DNA of 64,000 nucleotides. Source: Alphaproteobacteria bacterium. GTDB taxonomy: Bacteria > Pseudomonadota > Alphaproteobacteria > Rs-D84 > CACZYB01. Each line of letters opens with the position of its first letter. Within the stretch, counting starts at the first letter, position 1. The position numbers and the translations under genes were made by a program. Below the pieces are notes generated by a model. It saw only the letters and a list, made by a program, of their open reading frames with translations. It searched no databases and was not told where the DNA came from. The stretch covers positions 74,525 to 138,524 of the forward strand of contig JAGBBO010000008.1 of the NCBI GenBank assembly GCA_017938435.1, given 5' to 3'. Shown here in pieces: positions 19,502 through 27,884 of this stretch.

Positions 19502-19573
19502 ACGAAAGGAAAAAAAATGATTGAAGAAAAACAAAAAACGAAAGGAAAAGAAATGATTGAAGAAAAACAAAAA
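19502..19573 (+). repeat. perfect-but-one 36-bp tandem duplication spanning the RBS and start codon
   Basis: acgaaaggaaaaRaaatgattgaagaaaaacaaaaa x2. This duplicates the MIEEKQK N-terminus. Confidence 0.8.
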
Positions 19574-20005
19574 GAATCTTTAAGAAAAACTGATAAAGAA
19601 CCAGCTCTTTCAAAGAAAGAAGTTGATGCTATTTTATCAAGTTTGTCACAATCAACACTAGAAGATTTAGAACTTTTGGATAATGATTTAACCGAAGCGG
19701 AAAAGAATGCTTTTTTAAGGGCAAGGGAAATTCGTAAATCTTTTCCAAAATACAAGATGACTCAATTTGGTATGATTGATCAAGAATTGCTTTCGAAAAT
19801 GACTTATCAATCTGTTTTAGGTGTAACTTTTTCGGATAGTAAAAAGTATAAATTAGTTAGAAAATTTAATCGTCGGATTGTTCGTAATTATATACTTTCT
19901 GCAATACTTGGTGGTTTGGTTGTTGGTGGGGCAATTATGGCACCAAAAATTAAAGATGAAATAAAAACAGCATTAGCAAAACAACATACTGAACTTTCTA
20001 GGTAA
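19517..20005 (+). CDS. hypothetical protein with C-terminal TM anchor
   Basis: 162 aa. Duplicated N-terminus and a C-terminal hydrophobic helix (ILSAILGGLVVGGAIMAP). Confidence 0.5.
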   Translation: MIEEKQKTKGKEMIEEKQKESLRKTDKEPALSKKEVDAILSSLSQSTLEDLELLDNDLTEAEKNAFLRAREIRKSFPKYKMTQFGMIDQELLSKMTYQSVLGVTFSDSKKYKLVRKFNRRIVRNYILSAILGGLVVGGAIMAPKIKDEIKTALAKQHTELSR

Positions 20006-20083
20006 TATTTTAAGAAAATATTCTTGACTATATATGAAAAATGTTTTATATTTGTTCTCATATAAAGTTGGGGGTATTTTTTT

Positions 20084-21592
20084 ATGTTAGCGAAGGTTTG
20101 GACACCGGCATTTTGTGGTATTGATGTTATAAAAGTTTCGGTTGAGGTTATGATTTCCTCGGGCTTGCCTAAGTTTGCGATTGTTGGACTTCCGGATAAG
20201 GCAATAAGTGAGGCGAAGGAGCGTATTCAATCTGCGTTTTCATCAATGGGGTTTGCATTACCTGCAAAACGGATAATTGTAAATTTGGCTCCGGCTGATG
20301 TTGTGAAGGAGGGATCTCATTTTGATTTGCCTATTGCTGTTGCAATATTGACTGCCCTTGGTGTTATACCGGAGGAGGAAGTTCAAAATTATATGATATT
20401 AGGTGAGTTGGGACTTGATGGTGTGATAAAGCCGGTTAGTGGTATTTTGCCAACTTCTATGTCTGCGTTAGCAAATAATCTTGGTATAATTTGTCCGGAA
20501 AAACAGGTGGCAGAGGCTTTGTGGGCTGGAAATAAGGATGTTATTGGTCCATCAAATCTTGTTGAATTGATAAATCATTTTAAGGGAACGCAAATTATTT
20601 CTAATTCTTCGGAACCACCTCAATTTGAACAATCGTATTCTGTTGATATGGCTGATATTAAGGGGCAGGAAATGGCAAGAAAGGCTTTGGAGATTGCTGC
20701 TGTTGGTGGGCATCATTTACTTATGATTGGTCCTCCGGGTGTTGGAAAATCAATGCTTGCATCACGACTTCCTACAATACTTCCTCCTATGACAGCGAGG
20801 GAAGCCTTGGAAATTTCCACAATAAAATCGGTTGCTGGGGAGTTGGGTGAAAATGGACTTTCTATTGTGCGTCCATTTCGTTCACCACATCATACTGCAT
20901 CGCAGGTTGCTTTGACTGGTGGTGGGTTGCATGCAAAACCAGGTGAGGTATCTTTGGCTCATAATGGGATTTTGTTTTTGGATGAACTTCCTGAATTTTC
21001 ATCACAAGCGTTGGATAGTTTGCGTCAACCACTTGAAACAGGTGTTGTGAGTGTTGCTCGTGCAAATGGGCATATAACTTATCCTGCAAAATTTCAGTTG
21101 GTTGCTGCGATGAATCCTTGTAAATGTGGGCATTTTGGCGAACCGGATTGTGAGTGTGCTATGGCTCCTCTTTGTGCGCAAAAGTATCAAAACAGGATTA
21201 GTGGACCGCTTTATGATAGAATTGATTTGACGGTTGGGGTGGAAAATATAAATCCATGGGAATTATCAAATCTTAAACCAAGTGAAAGTTCCGAAGTTGT
21301 GAAGGCAAGGGTGATAAAGGCACGCGAATTTCAAAATTTAAGGCTTAAAAAATTTTTTGGTGAAGTGGAAACATTAAATGCTCATCTTTCAGGAAGTGAG
21401 ATTGAAGAATGTGCAAATTTGTCATCGGAGGCTTTATCACTTCTTACAAAATCTGCGGAAAAATTAAAACTTTCTGCTCGTGCATATTATAAAACTATGC
21501 GTGTAGCGAGGACTGTTGCTGATATGGAATTTCGTGATGCTGTTTTACCAGGGGATGTTTCTATGGCATTAAATTTTAGAAGAAAAATTTAG
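20084..21592 (+). CDS. comM: YifB/ComM family Mg-chelatase-like AAA+ ATPase
   Basis: 502 aa with an N-terminal Lon-like domain, a Walker A motif (GPPGVGKS) and the C-terminal ChlI domain. Confidence 0.85.
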   Translation: MLAKVWTPAFCGIDVIKVSVEVMISSGLPKFAIVGLPDKAISEAKERIQSAFSSMGFALPAKRIIVNLAPADVVKEGSHFDLPIAVAILTALGVIPEEEVQNYMILGELGLDGVIKPVSGILPTSMSALANNLGIICPEKQVAEALWAGNKDVIGPSNLVELINHFKGTQIISNSSEPPQFEQSYSVDMADIKGQEMARKALEIAAVGGHHLLMIGPPGVGKSMLASRLPTILPPMTAREALEISTIKSVAGELGENGLSIVRPFRSPHHTASQVALTGGGLHAKPGEVSLAHNGILFLDELPEFSSQALDSLRQPLETGVVSVARANGHITYPAKFQLVAAMNPCKCGHFGEPDCECAMAPLCAQKYQNRISGPLYDRIDLTVGVENINPWELSNLKPSESSEVVKARVIKAREFQNLRLKKFFGEVETLNAHLSGSEIEECANLSSEALSLLTKSAEKLKLSARAYYKTMRVARTVADMEFRDAVLPGDVSMALNFRRKI

Positions 21593-21697
21593 AAAAGTGT
21601 TTTTTATAGGCCGATTGTTATTTTAATGATGTTTACAAAATAGGATTAGGAATATTGGTTTATTGTCATTTACCTTTTTATTTGTTATTTTTGTTTC

Positions 21698-22135
21698 GTG
21701 GTTTTAAAAACAAAGTTAGGAGGTAAAATGAAAAATACAATAAAATATAAATTATGTTTTTTATTTATGGCGGCAAGTTTTTTTGCAGGAAGTCAGGTAG
21801 CTATTTCTAAAAAACATATGGGAGGGTTTAAGGAAACACGAGAACCAGAGTTAGAGGCTTTTGAAATAATTTCTGTTGAGCAAGCAAAAAATGCAAAAGA
21901 TGATACTTTTGTTGTATTACAAGGTTATGTTGATAAATCTTTGGGTGATGAACGATATTTATTTAGGGATGAAACTGGCACTATTCAAATAGAAATTGAA
22001 GATAAAAAATTTCGTGGTCTTACTGTTTATCCTGATGATTTTGTGCAAATTTCTGGGGAGGTGGATAAAGGTTTATTTTCGACAACAGAAATAGAAGTTA
22101 AAAATATTTCCAAATTAAAATCTGCTAAAGATTAA
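21698..22135 (+). CDS. periplasmic OB-fold (BOF/YgiW family) protein
   Basis: Signal peptide followed by a YgiW-like sequence (ERYLFRDETGTIQIEIEDKKF). Confidence 0.5.
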   Translation: MVLKTKLGGKMKNTIKYKLCFLFMAASFFAGSQVAISKKHMGGFKETREPELEAFEIISVEQAKNAKDDTFVVLQGYVDKSLGDERYLFRDETGTIQIEIEDKKFRGLTVYPDDFVQISGEVDKGLFSTTEIEVKNISKLKSAKD

Positions 22136-22162
22136 AATTTTTTCTTATATTCCTTTTCTTTT

Positions 22163-22186
22163 TATCCCCATTTTTGGGGATTTTTA
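22163..22186. terminator. bidirectional rho-independent terminator
   Basis: tatccccatttttggggattttt. Confidence 0.6.
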
Positions 22187-22765
22187 TTTTAATGTATCGT
22201 AAAGTTTTTTAACTTCTTTTATATCCTGCCACATTTGCCATTTAGGCTTACCAACTTCGTTTGATGGGTTGCGAAGGAGGTATGCAGGATGAAATATTGG
22301 CATCATTTTAGCACCATTTGGACCATCAAACCATTTGCCATGAATTTTTGTTATTCCAAGGGTGTTTGATGGAATCATTGATGCAACTGAAACTGCTCCA
22401 CAAAGAAGAATTATTTTTGGTTTAAGTATTTCAATTTGGGCATCAAGATATTCACGGCAGGCTTGTTTTTCTTCTGGTAAAGGATTCCTATTGTGCGGTG
22501 GACGGCATTTTATAGTATTGCAAATATAAATGTTTTTTTCACGGTAAAAACCAACACATTCTAGAATTTTATCTAGTAATTGTCCGGACCGACCAACAAA
22601 TGGAGAACCTTGCAAATCTTCTTGTTCTCCAGGTGCTTCACCGATAAGCATAATTTTTGAGTTAGGTGTGCCACCTGAAAAAACAGTGTTGGTTTTTGTT
22701 TTATAAAGTGGACATTTTTTACATTGCTCACATTTGAATTTTATGTCATTTAATTCTTCAAACAT
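22184..22765 (-). CDS. udg: uracil-DNA glycosylase, family 4
   Basis: 193 aa with a GEAPGxxED motif, GRSG, and an N-terminal Cys cluster for an Fe-S centre. Confidence 0.8.
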   Translation of the reverse strand: MFEELNDIKFKCEQCKKCPLYKTKTNTVFSGGTPNSKIMLIGEAPGEQEDLQGSPFVGRSGQLLDKILECVGFYREKNIYICNTIKCRPPHNRNPLPEEKQACREYLDAQIEILKPKIILLCGAVSVASMIPSNTLGITKIHGKWFDGPNGAKMMPIFHPAYLLRNPSNEVGKPKWQMWQDIKEVKKLYDTLK

Positions 22766-22892
22766 ATTTTCCTCTTTTTCTTTGTCTATTAAAGTTTAGG
22801 AATGTTTATTTTGTTTGTAAAGTTTTATTTTATTGATTGACTATTTCTCTTTTAAATTGTAGTATTTTCAACAGTATTAGGGGGAGTATAAA

Positions 22893-25556
22893 ATGTCATC
22901 CATATCAATAATTATGCCGGTTTATAACAGAGAAAAATTTTTAGATAGAAGTGTTGGTTCTCTTATTTCTCAGACATTTAAAGATATAGAAATTATTTTG
23001 GTGGATGATGGTTCTGTTGATAATTCAGGAAAAATATTAGATAATTTTGCAAAACAAGATTCAAGGGTAAAAGTTTTTCATCAAAAAAACTCTGGTCCTG
23101 CAACTGCAAGAAATGTTGGTCTTGATAATGCAACAGGTGAATACATTATGTTTTGTGATAGTGATGACGCGTATGAACCAAATATGTGTGAGGTGATGTA
23201 TAAAACTATTTGTGAGAAACGGGCTGATTTAATTTTGTGTAGTGCAAAAAATGAGTATGGAACAGAACTTTATAAATTTAAAAAAAATTTATCTATAGTT
23301 GATGTTTTTTCAGATGTTGTATTGTGGAATAAAATTTTTAAAAAGTCGTTAATTGATAAGTATAATATAAGATTTCCTGATGGATATTTGAGTGATGATG
23401 ACTATTTTACTTTTGTGTATGCCTGTGTTTCAAAAAAGTATTATTTCACAAATAAAGTTTCATATTTTTATGTAACAGAAAATCCGGATGGTATTTGTTC
23501 TATGAGTTTAAAAAAGCCATCGAATCTTGCTGTGGAAAGTCATTTTTATGTAATAGAAGCTATTATTGATTTTTGTAAGAAAAATAATTTTTATAAAAAA
23601 TACAGAAAATATATTTATGACAAAATAAAAGAAACAGTATTTTATTTATCCTTAATAAATTACGATTATGAAAAATGTTTAAATTTATTGTTAAAATTTT
23701 TGGAAAAAACTGATTTTTCAACTAAGGAAAAAGATAAGGTTGTAAAAATCTATTCAACCTATAGACCTAGGTTGCATTATGAATATCCTGTTAAGCTGGA
23801 TAATAGTGCAAAAAATATAGTATTTTGTGTCGATTATTGTTATTTGAATTATTTATTTACCACAATAAGATCGTTGTGCAAAAATGCAAATAAACAATAT
23901 AAGTATGATGTATATATAGTTTATACAAACGGTCTTTCGTATCCATATTTTGAAAAGTTTTGGCATGAATTTGAAAAATATAAAAATATTACTTTGCATT
24001 TTTGTAATATTTCGGATTTGTATAATAAATATTGTGATGAAAAATCTTTTTATCAAGTTGGAAGAATTCCAGCCGTTGGATCGTATAGGTTGTTTTTATC
24101 AAAAATTTTTGATGGTGAAAAAATCCTTTATTTAGATAGTGGTGATATAATTGTAAATAAAGATGTTGCTGAATTTTTTAATCTTGAACTTAAAAATAAT
24201 ATTATTGCTGCGGTAAAGGATTTTGTTTTTCCAAGGATTGATTTTAAAAATACAGTTTTGGATAAAGATATGCTTTCGCCTTTTTTACAAAAGGTTGGAT
24301 ATAATGATTATGGAAATTATATAAATTCTGGGGTCCTTTTAATTAACCTTAAAGAATATAATAAATGTTTTGATGGATTTTTAAAATGTATGTATGAAAA
24401 ATCTTCGAATATGGATCAAGATATTTTAAATTATGTTATTCCAAAATCACGAATTTTGTTTTTATCGACTGCATATAATTTTCAGATAGGTTCTATTGAT
24501 TTGGTAGAAAAATTTGATAAAGAATATGCTGAATTTTATAAAAAATCTAATCTGAAAAATTCTTTTATAATTCATTATACAAGGGATAAAAAGCCATGGA
24601 AGTTTTATTTGAAATGGAATAATATTTATTTTTGGAAATATGCTTGGGTGTATTTTTTTAGATATATTTGGGTTTATAAAGATCTTAAACTTTCTGGTGA
24701 TGCAATATTATCTTTTGTTTATAATACAGGTAGTGAAAATGCAAATGTGGAAGTTGTAAAAGAACCAAGATTTTCATCAATTCGGGAAACTATGTTTGGT
24801 GAGGTTAAACACAATAATGGAATATGTGTGTGGGAGCCGTCTTTGTTTGTTAAAATGAAGGTTAGGGCAAAAGGAAATGGAAAAATTCATATAGTATTGT
24901 CTGGGACTGATAAAAAATATATATATTACAATAAATTGATTGTTAATGAGAAAGTTTTGCTTAATAAAATTCTTCCTGTAAATCAATATAATACTACTGA
25001 ATTTTTGATGCCAGTAAAAGATGGGGAAGTTATTGATTTGTATATTCAAAAATCATCGTTAAGATTTATTGGTTTTTTGAAAAGAATTGTGTTATGTATT
25101 AAACGACTTTTTGCTTCTAAAAATAAAAATTTTTCATTGAATATATTTGCTTTGAATACTCAATCTTTTGAGAATAAAGTTGACGTGTTGGATGAAAATA
25201 GAACTAATGTTTTATGGTTGGATTATCCAAAGTGGCTTTCAAATGAATGGGAAAATGGGGCCTTTATTGCAACAAAATCAAGATATTGTTCTTTTGATGT
25301 AAGGTTTATAAAGGATGGAATGTTTAAGTTAATACTTTCTACTTCGAAAGAGGATAAAATTGCGTATGTATCAAAGGTAGTTATGAATGATAATGTTATT
25401 TTAAATGGAATTTTTCCAGTGTCTTATTTCAAAAGAGTAAATCTTATGTTCCCTGTGAATAATGGGGATATAAAACGAATTAAGGTTTATGGTAAAAAGC
25501 ATAGTATTATTGGCTTTATTAAAAACTTTTTCATTAAAGAAAATTATAAAGAATAA
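22893..25556 (+). CDS. multidomain glycosyltransferase: GT2 (N-terminus) + GT8 (LgtC/RfaJ-like) + two C-terminal ~130-aa repeats
   Basis: 887 aa. GT2 motifs (IIMPVYNREKFL, VDDGSVDNS, CDSDD). GT8 motifs (YLDSGDIIV, NSGVLLINL, DQDILNYV, HYTRDKKPW). The C-terminal repeats both end in ...IGFIK. Confidence 0.75.
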   Translation: MSSISIIMPVYNREKFLDRSVGSLISQTFKDIEIILVDDGSVDNSGKILDNFAKQDSRVKVFHQKNSGPATARNVGLDNATGEYIMFCDSDDAYEPNMCEVMYKTICEKRADLILCSAKNEYGTELYKFKKNLSIVDVFSDVVLWNKIFKKSLIDKYNIRFPDGYLSDDDYFTFVYACVSKKYYFTNKVSYFYVTENPDGICSMSLKKPSNLAVESHFYVIEAIIDFCKKNNFYKKYRKYIYDKIKETVFYLSLINYDYEKCLNLLLKFLEKTDFSTKEKDKVVKIYSTYRPRLHYEYPVKLDNSAKNIVFCVDYCYLNYLFTTIRSLCKNANKQYKYDVYIVYTNGLSYPYFEKFWHEFEKYKNITLHFCNISDLYNKYCDEKSFYQVGRIPAVGSYRLFLSKIFDGEKILYLDSGDIIVNKDVAEFFNLELKNNIIAAVKDFVFPRIDFKNTVLDKDMLSPFLQKVGYNDYGNYINSGVLLINLKEYNKCFDGFLKCMYEKSSNMDQDILNYVIPKSRILFLSTAYNFQIGSIDLVEKFDKEYAEFYKKSNLKNSFIIHYTRDKKPWKFYLKWNNIYFWKYAWVYFFRYIWVYKDLKLSGDAILSFVYNTGSENANVEVVKEPRFSSIRETMFGEVKHNNGICVWEPSLFVKMKVRAKGNGKIHIVLSGTDKKYIYYNKLIVNEKVLLNKILPVNQYNTTEFLMPVKDGEVIDLYIQKSSLRFIGFLKRIVLCIKRLFASKNKNFSLNIFALNTQSFENKVDVLDENRTNVLWLDYPKWLSNEWENGAFIATKSRYCSFDVRFIKDGMFKLILSTSKEDKIAYVSKVVMNDNVILNGIFPVSYFKRVNLMFPVNNGDIKRIKVYGKKHSIIGFIKNFFIKENYKE

Positions 25557-25626
25557 GAATAAATTCTTGATATTTAAGATTATATTTATTACAATTCCCT
25601 TTATAAGGAAAAGGGGTTTTTTTATT

Positions 25627-27018
25627 ATGTCTTTTATTTTAAGTGTAATTTTTTGCTTGTTTGTTTTTGAAACACCTGTATTTGCTGAGGATGTAAAAAG
25701 TAGTGAAAATGTAAATGAAATATCGCTCAAAAGTGATAAAAAATTACAAAAAGATAGTGAAACAATTTCCCTTAATCCAATACAAATTATCAATCTTGCA
25801 AAAAAGTTTATTGAAGAAAAAAATTATGCTGGGGCAAGAATTCTTCTTACAAAATCACCATTTAATGTTAAGGAACTTGAAATAGAAAGGTTGCATTTGA
25901 TTGCAACTCTTGATGTCGTGGAAGGTAAAATTGATGATGCTATTGAAATTTATAGGTTTATTTTGGATTATCAACCAAATATTCCAAGTATTCGTTTAAA
26001 ATTGGCGGAACTTTATTTATTGCAAGGTTCTTATTATAAGGCTGATTATCATTTTAGACTTGCAGCAACAGATAAAACTTTGCCAACGGAAGTTCAAAAG
26101 AATATTGCAATGGCTCTTTATTTTGTGCGTCAAAATAAAAACTGGAATTTTTGGTTCAATTTTGGTGCTGCACCTGATAACAACATAAATAATGCAACTA
26201 ATAATAGTTATTGTTTACCTTCTACTGGCTGGTGTTCTTCTAATGATAAAGAAAAAGCTGTTGGTTTGAATGTTTCATTTGGGGGAAATTATGAATTTAA
26301 ACTTTCGGACAGGTGGCGTTTAAGAAACGAGGGAGTTGTTTATACTTCGAAATATAATAAAAGCGAATATGATGATTTATATTTAAGTTATGTTTTTGGT
26401 GGTAAATATGTTTGGCAAAGGGGAGATGTTTTCTTTGGCCCTAGTGTATCCCGTCGTTGGCTTGATCATCAGCCATACAACAGGACTTTTGGAGGAAGAG
26501 TTGATTTAGATTATGATTTTACCAAGCATCTTTCTGGTGGGATAAGTGGTTATTTTACACCTACTTATTATGATGATTATTCTGATATATTGGATGGTGA
26601 TGTTTATGGTTCAAGGGCAAGACTTTTTTATACTTTTGATTCTTCAAAATACCTTGCATTTAAAATTGGATACGAGCGTGAAAATACAAAAGATAAAAGA
26701 TATGCAAATGTGAAAAAATCTTATGCTATTGGTTTTGGAGCTGAACTTGGTTGGGGATTTTCTATGTATATAGAACCATCAATTCAATATACTGATTATA
26801 AGGATGAAAAAGCTGTAATGAGGGATTTATACGTTTATGATTATATTGTAGAGTCGGATGTGACACGCAAGTATATGCTTTCACTTTCCAATCGTAATAT
26901 AAAACTTTGGGGATTTGTGCCAACAATTACTTATGTTTATACTGATAAAACTTCAAATGTATGGCAAAAGGAATATTCAAAATCGACTGTGGAATTTACT
27001 GTTAATCAAAGATTTTAA
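25627..27018 (+). CDS. outer-membrane TPR + beta-barrel protein, candidate Slam (surface lipoprotein assembly modulator, DUF560-like)
   Basis: Start refined to the ATG at 25627 (RBS aaggaaaagg; signal peptide MSFILSVIFCLFVFETPVFA). About 140 aa of TPR-like helices, then an aromatic-rich beta-strand region ending in a terminal Phe. A TbpB-like lipoprotein lies 0.9 kb away. Confidence 0.55.
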   Translation: MSFILSVIFCLFVFETPVFAEDVKSSENVNEISLKSDKKLQKDSETISLNPIQIINLAKKFIEEKNYAGARILLTKSPFNVKELEIERLHLIATLDVVEGKIDDAIEIYRFILDYQPNIPSIRLKLAELYLLQGSYYKADYHFRLAATDKTLPTEVQKNIAMALYFVRQNKNWNFWFNFGAAPDNNINNATNNSYCLPSTGWCSSNDKEKAVGLNVSFGGNYEFKLSDRWRLRNEGVVYTSKYNKSEYDDLYLSYVFGGKYVWQRGDVFFGPSVSRRWLDHQPYNRTFGGRVDLDYDFTKHLSGGISGYFTPTYYDDYSDILDGDVYGSRARLFYTFDSSKYLAFKIGYERENTKDKRYANVKKSYAIGFGAELGWGFSMYIEPSIQYTDYKDEKAVMRDLYVYDYIVESDVTRKYMLSLSNRNIKLWGFVPTITYVYTDKTSNVWQKEYSKSTVEFTVNQRF

Positions 27019-27093
27019 TAAAATTAAGTATTGAAGAAATAAAAAAAGGTTTTGTCTTAGGCAAAACTTTTTTCTTTTTTATATATTATGAAG

Positions 27094-27183
27094 TGGCGGA
27101 TGGGGAGGGATTCGAACCCCCGGTGAAGTTGCCCCCACAACGGTTTTCAAGACCGCCGCATTCGACCGCTCTGCCACCCATCC
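27094..27183 (-). tRNA. tRNA-Ser (anticodon UGA)
   Basis: The reverse complement folds as a type II tRNA. Acceptor GGATGGG/CCCATCC, anticodon stem gcggt/accgt with loop CUUGAAA, a long variable arm, T-loop GGTTCGAAT, and an encoded CCA. Confidence 0.85.
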
Positions 27184-27236
27184 GTAAAAGATGTAGAGAT
27201 TATACAACAGAAAACTTTCTTTGTAAAGAGAAAAAT

Positions 27237-27809
27237 TTATCTTGTGATAGAATAAATTTCTGCTTGTGTTCTTGTGACAACTTCTTTTTTTTGAGATTGT
27301 TGATTTTTTACTTCGGCATAGAAATTTTCGACATACTCATAATACTTTTCAAATGTTTCAATAAATTCATCTTCTTTAATATCTTGGAACAATGATGGTG
27401 CAATATTTTTTATAAGTTTTCGTGTGCCAATGCGTGAAGAATCGTATGAAATGACTGAACGAATATTAGATATTTGTTTTTGTGAAAGGGTGGTTACTTG
27501 TTTTTGAAAATTTATATAAAGTTTAATAGAATCTTCAAGAGGAGTGATAATGTTATCGATTGTAAGATCTTTATTTGTTTTTAATTGGTTCAAATAAATA
27601 TTAATTTCTTGGATTATATTTAAGGTAATATCCAAATATATGTAACTTACTTCATTAACAAGAGTAGCATTATTAGAATTTTTCACATCGCATAAAACTT
27701 GTTTAAAATTAGTTATATCTGCAATCATTCTTTGTTTTTTAGTTTTCATTTTATACTCCAAAATTTTTATTTTTTTTGATACATTAAACAAATTAAATAA
27801 ATTTGTCAA
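27237..27809 (-). CDS. hypothetical protein (no signal peptide)
   Basis: 190 aa. Sits between the SLP gene and tRNA-Ser on the same strand. No recognisable domain. Confidence 0.45.
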   Translation of the reverse strand: MTNLFNLFNVSKKIKILEYKMKTKKQRMIADITNFKQVLCDVKNSNNATLVNEVSYIYLDITLNIIQEINIYLNQLKTNKDLTIDNIITPLEDSIKLYINFQKQVTTLSQKQISNIRSVISYDSSRIGTRKLIKNIAPSLFQDIKEDEFIETFEKYYEYVENFYAEVKNQQSQKKEVVTRTQAEIYSITR

Positions 27810-27884
27810 TAGTTTTGTTAAAAAAAAATAAAAAGGGCTGTTGGAATAACCAAAAGCCCCTTAAAGATATATGCTATAATTAGC

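Noticed and set aside
25489-25626. Longer 5' extension of the Slam-like ORF overlapping the end of the glycosyltransferase gene
   Set aside because: The extension lacks a signal peptide. The internal ATG at 25627 has a good RBS and is followed by a canonical signal peptide, so I preferred the shorter start.
27019-27236. Possible integrase or att repeats flanking tRNA-Ser, indicating a mobile island
   Set aside because: There is no integrase- or transposase-like ORF anywhere in the window. I found no obvious direct repeat of the tRNA 3' end, so the island is called only as an accessory block.
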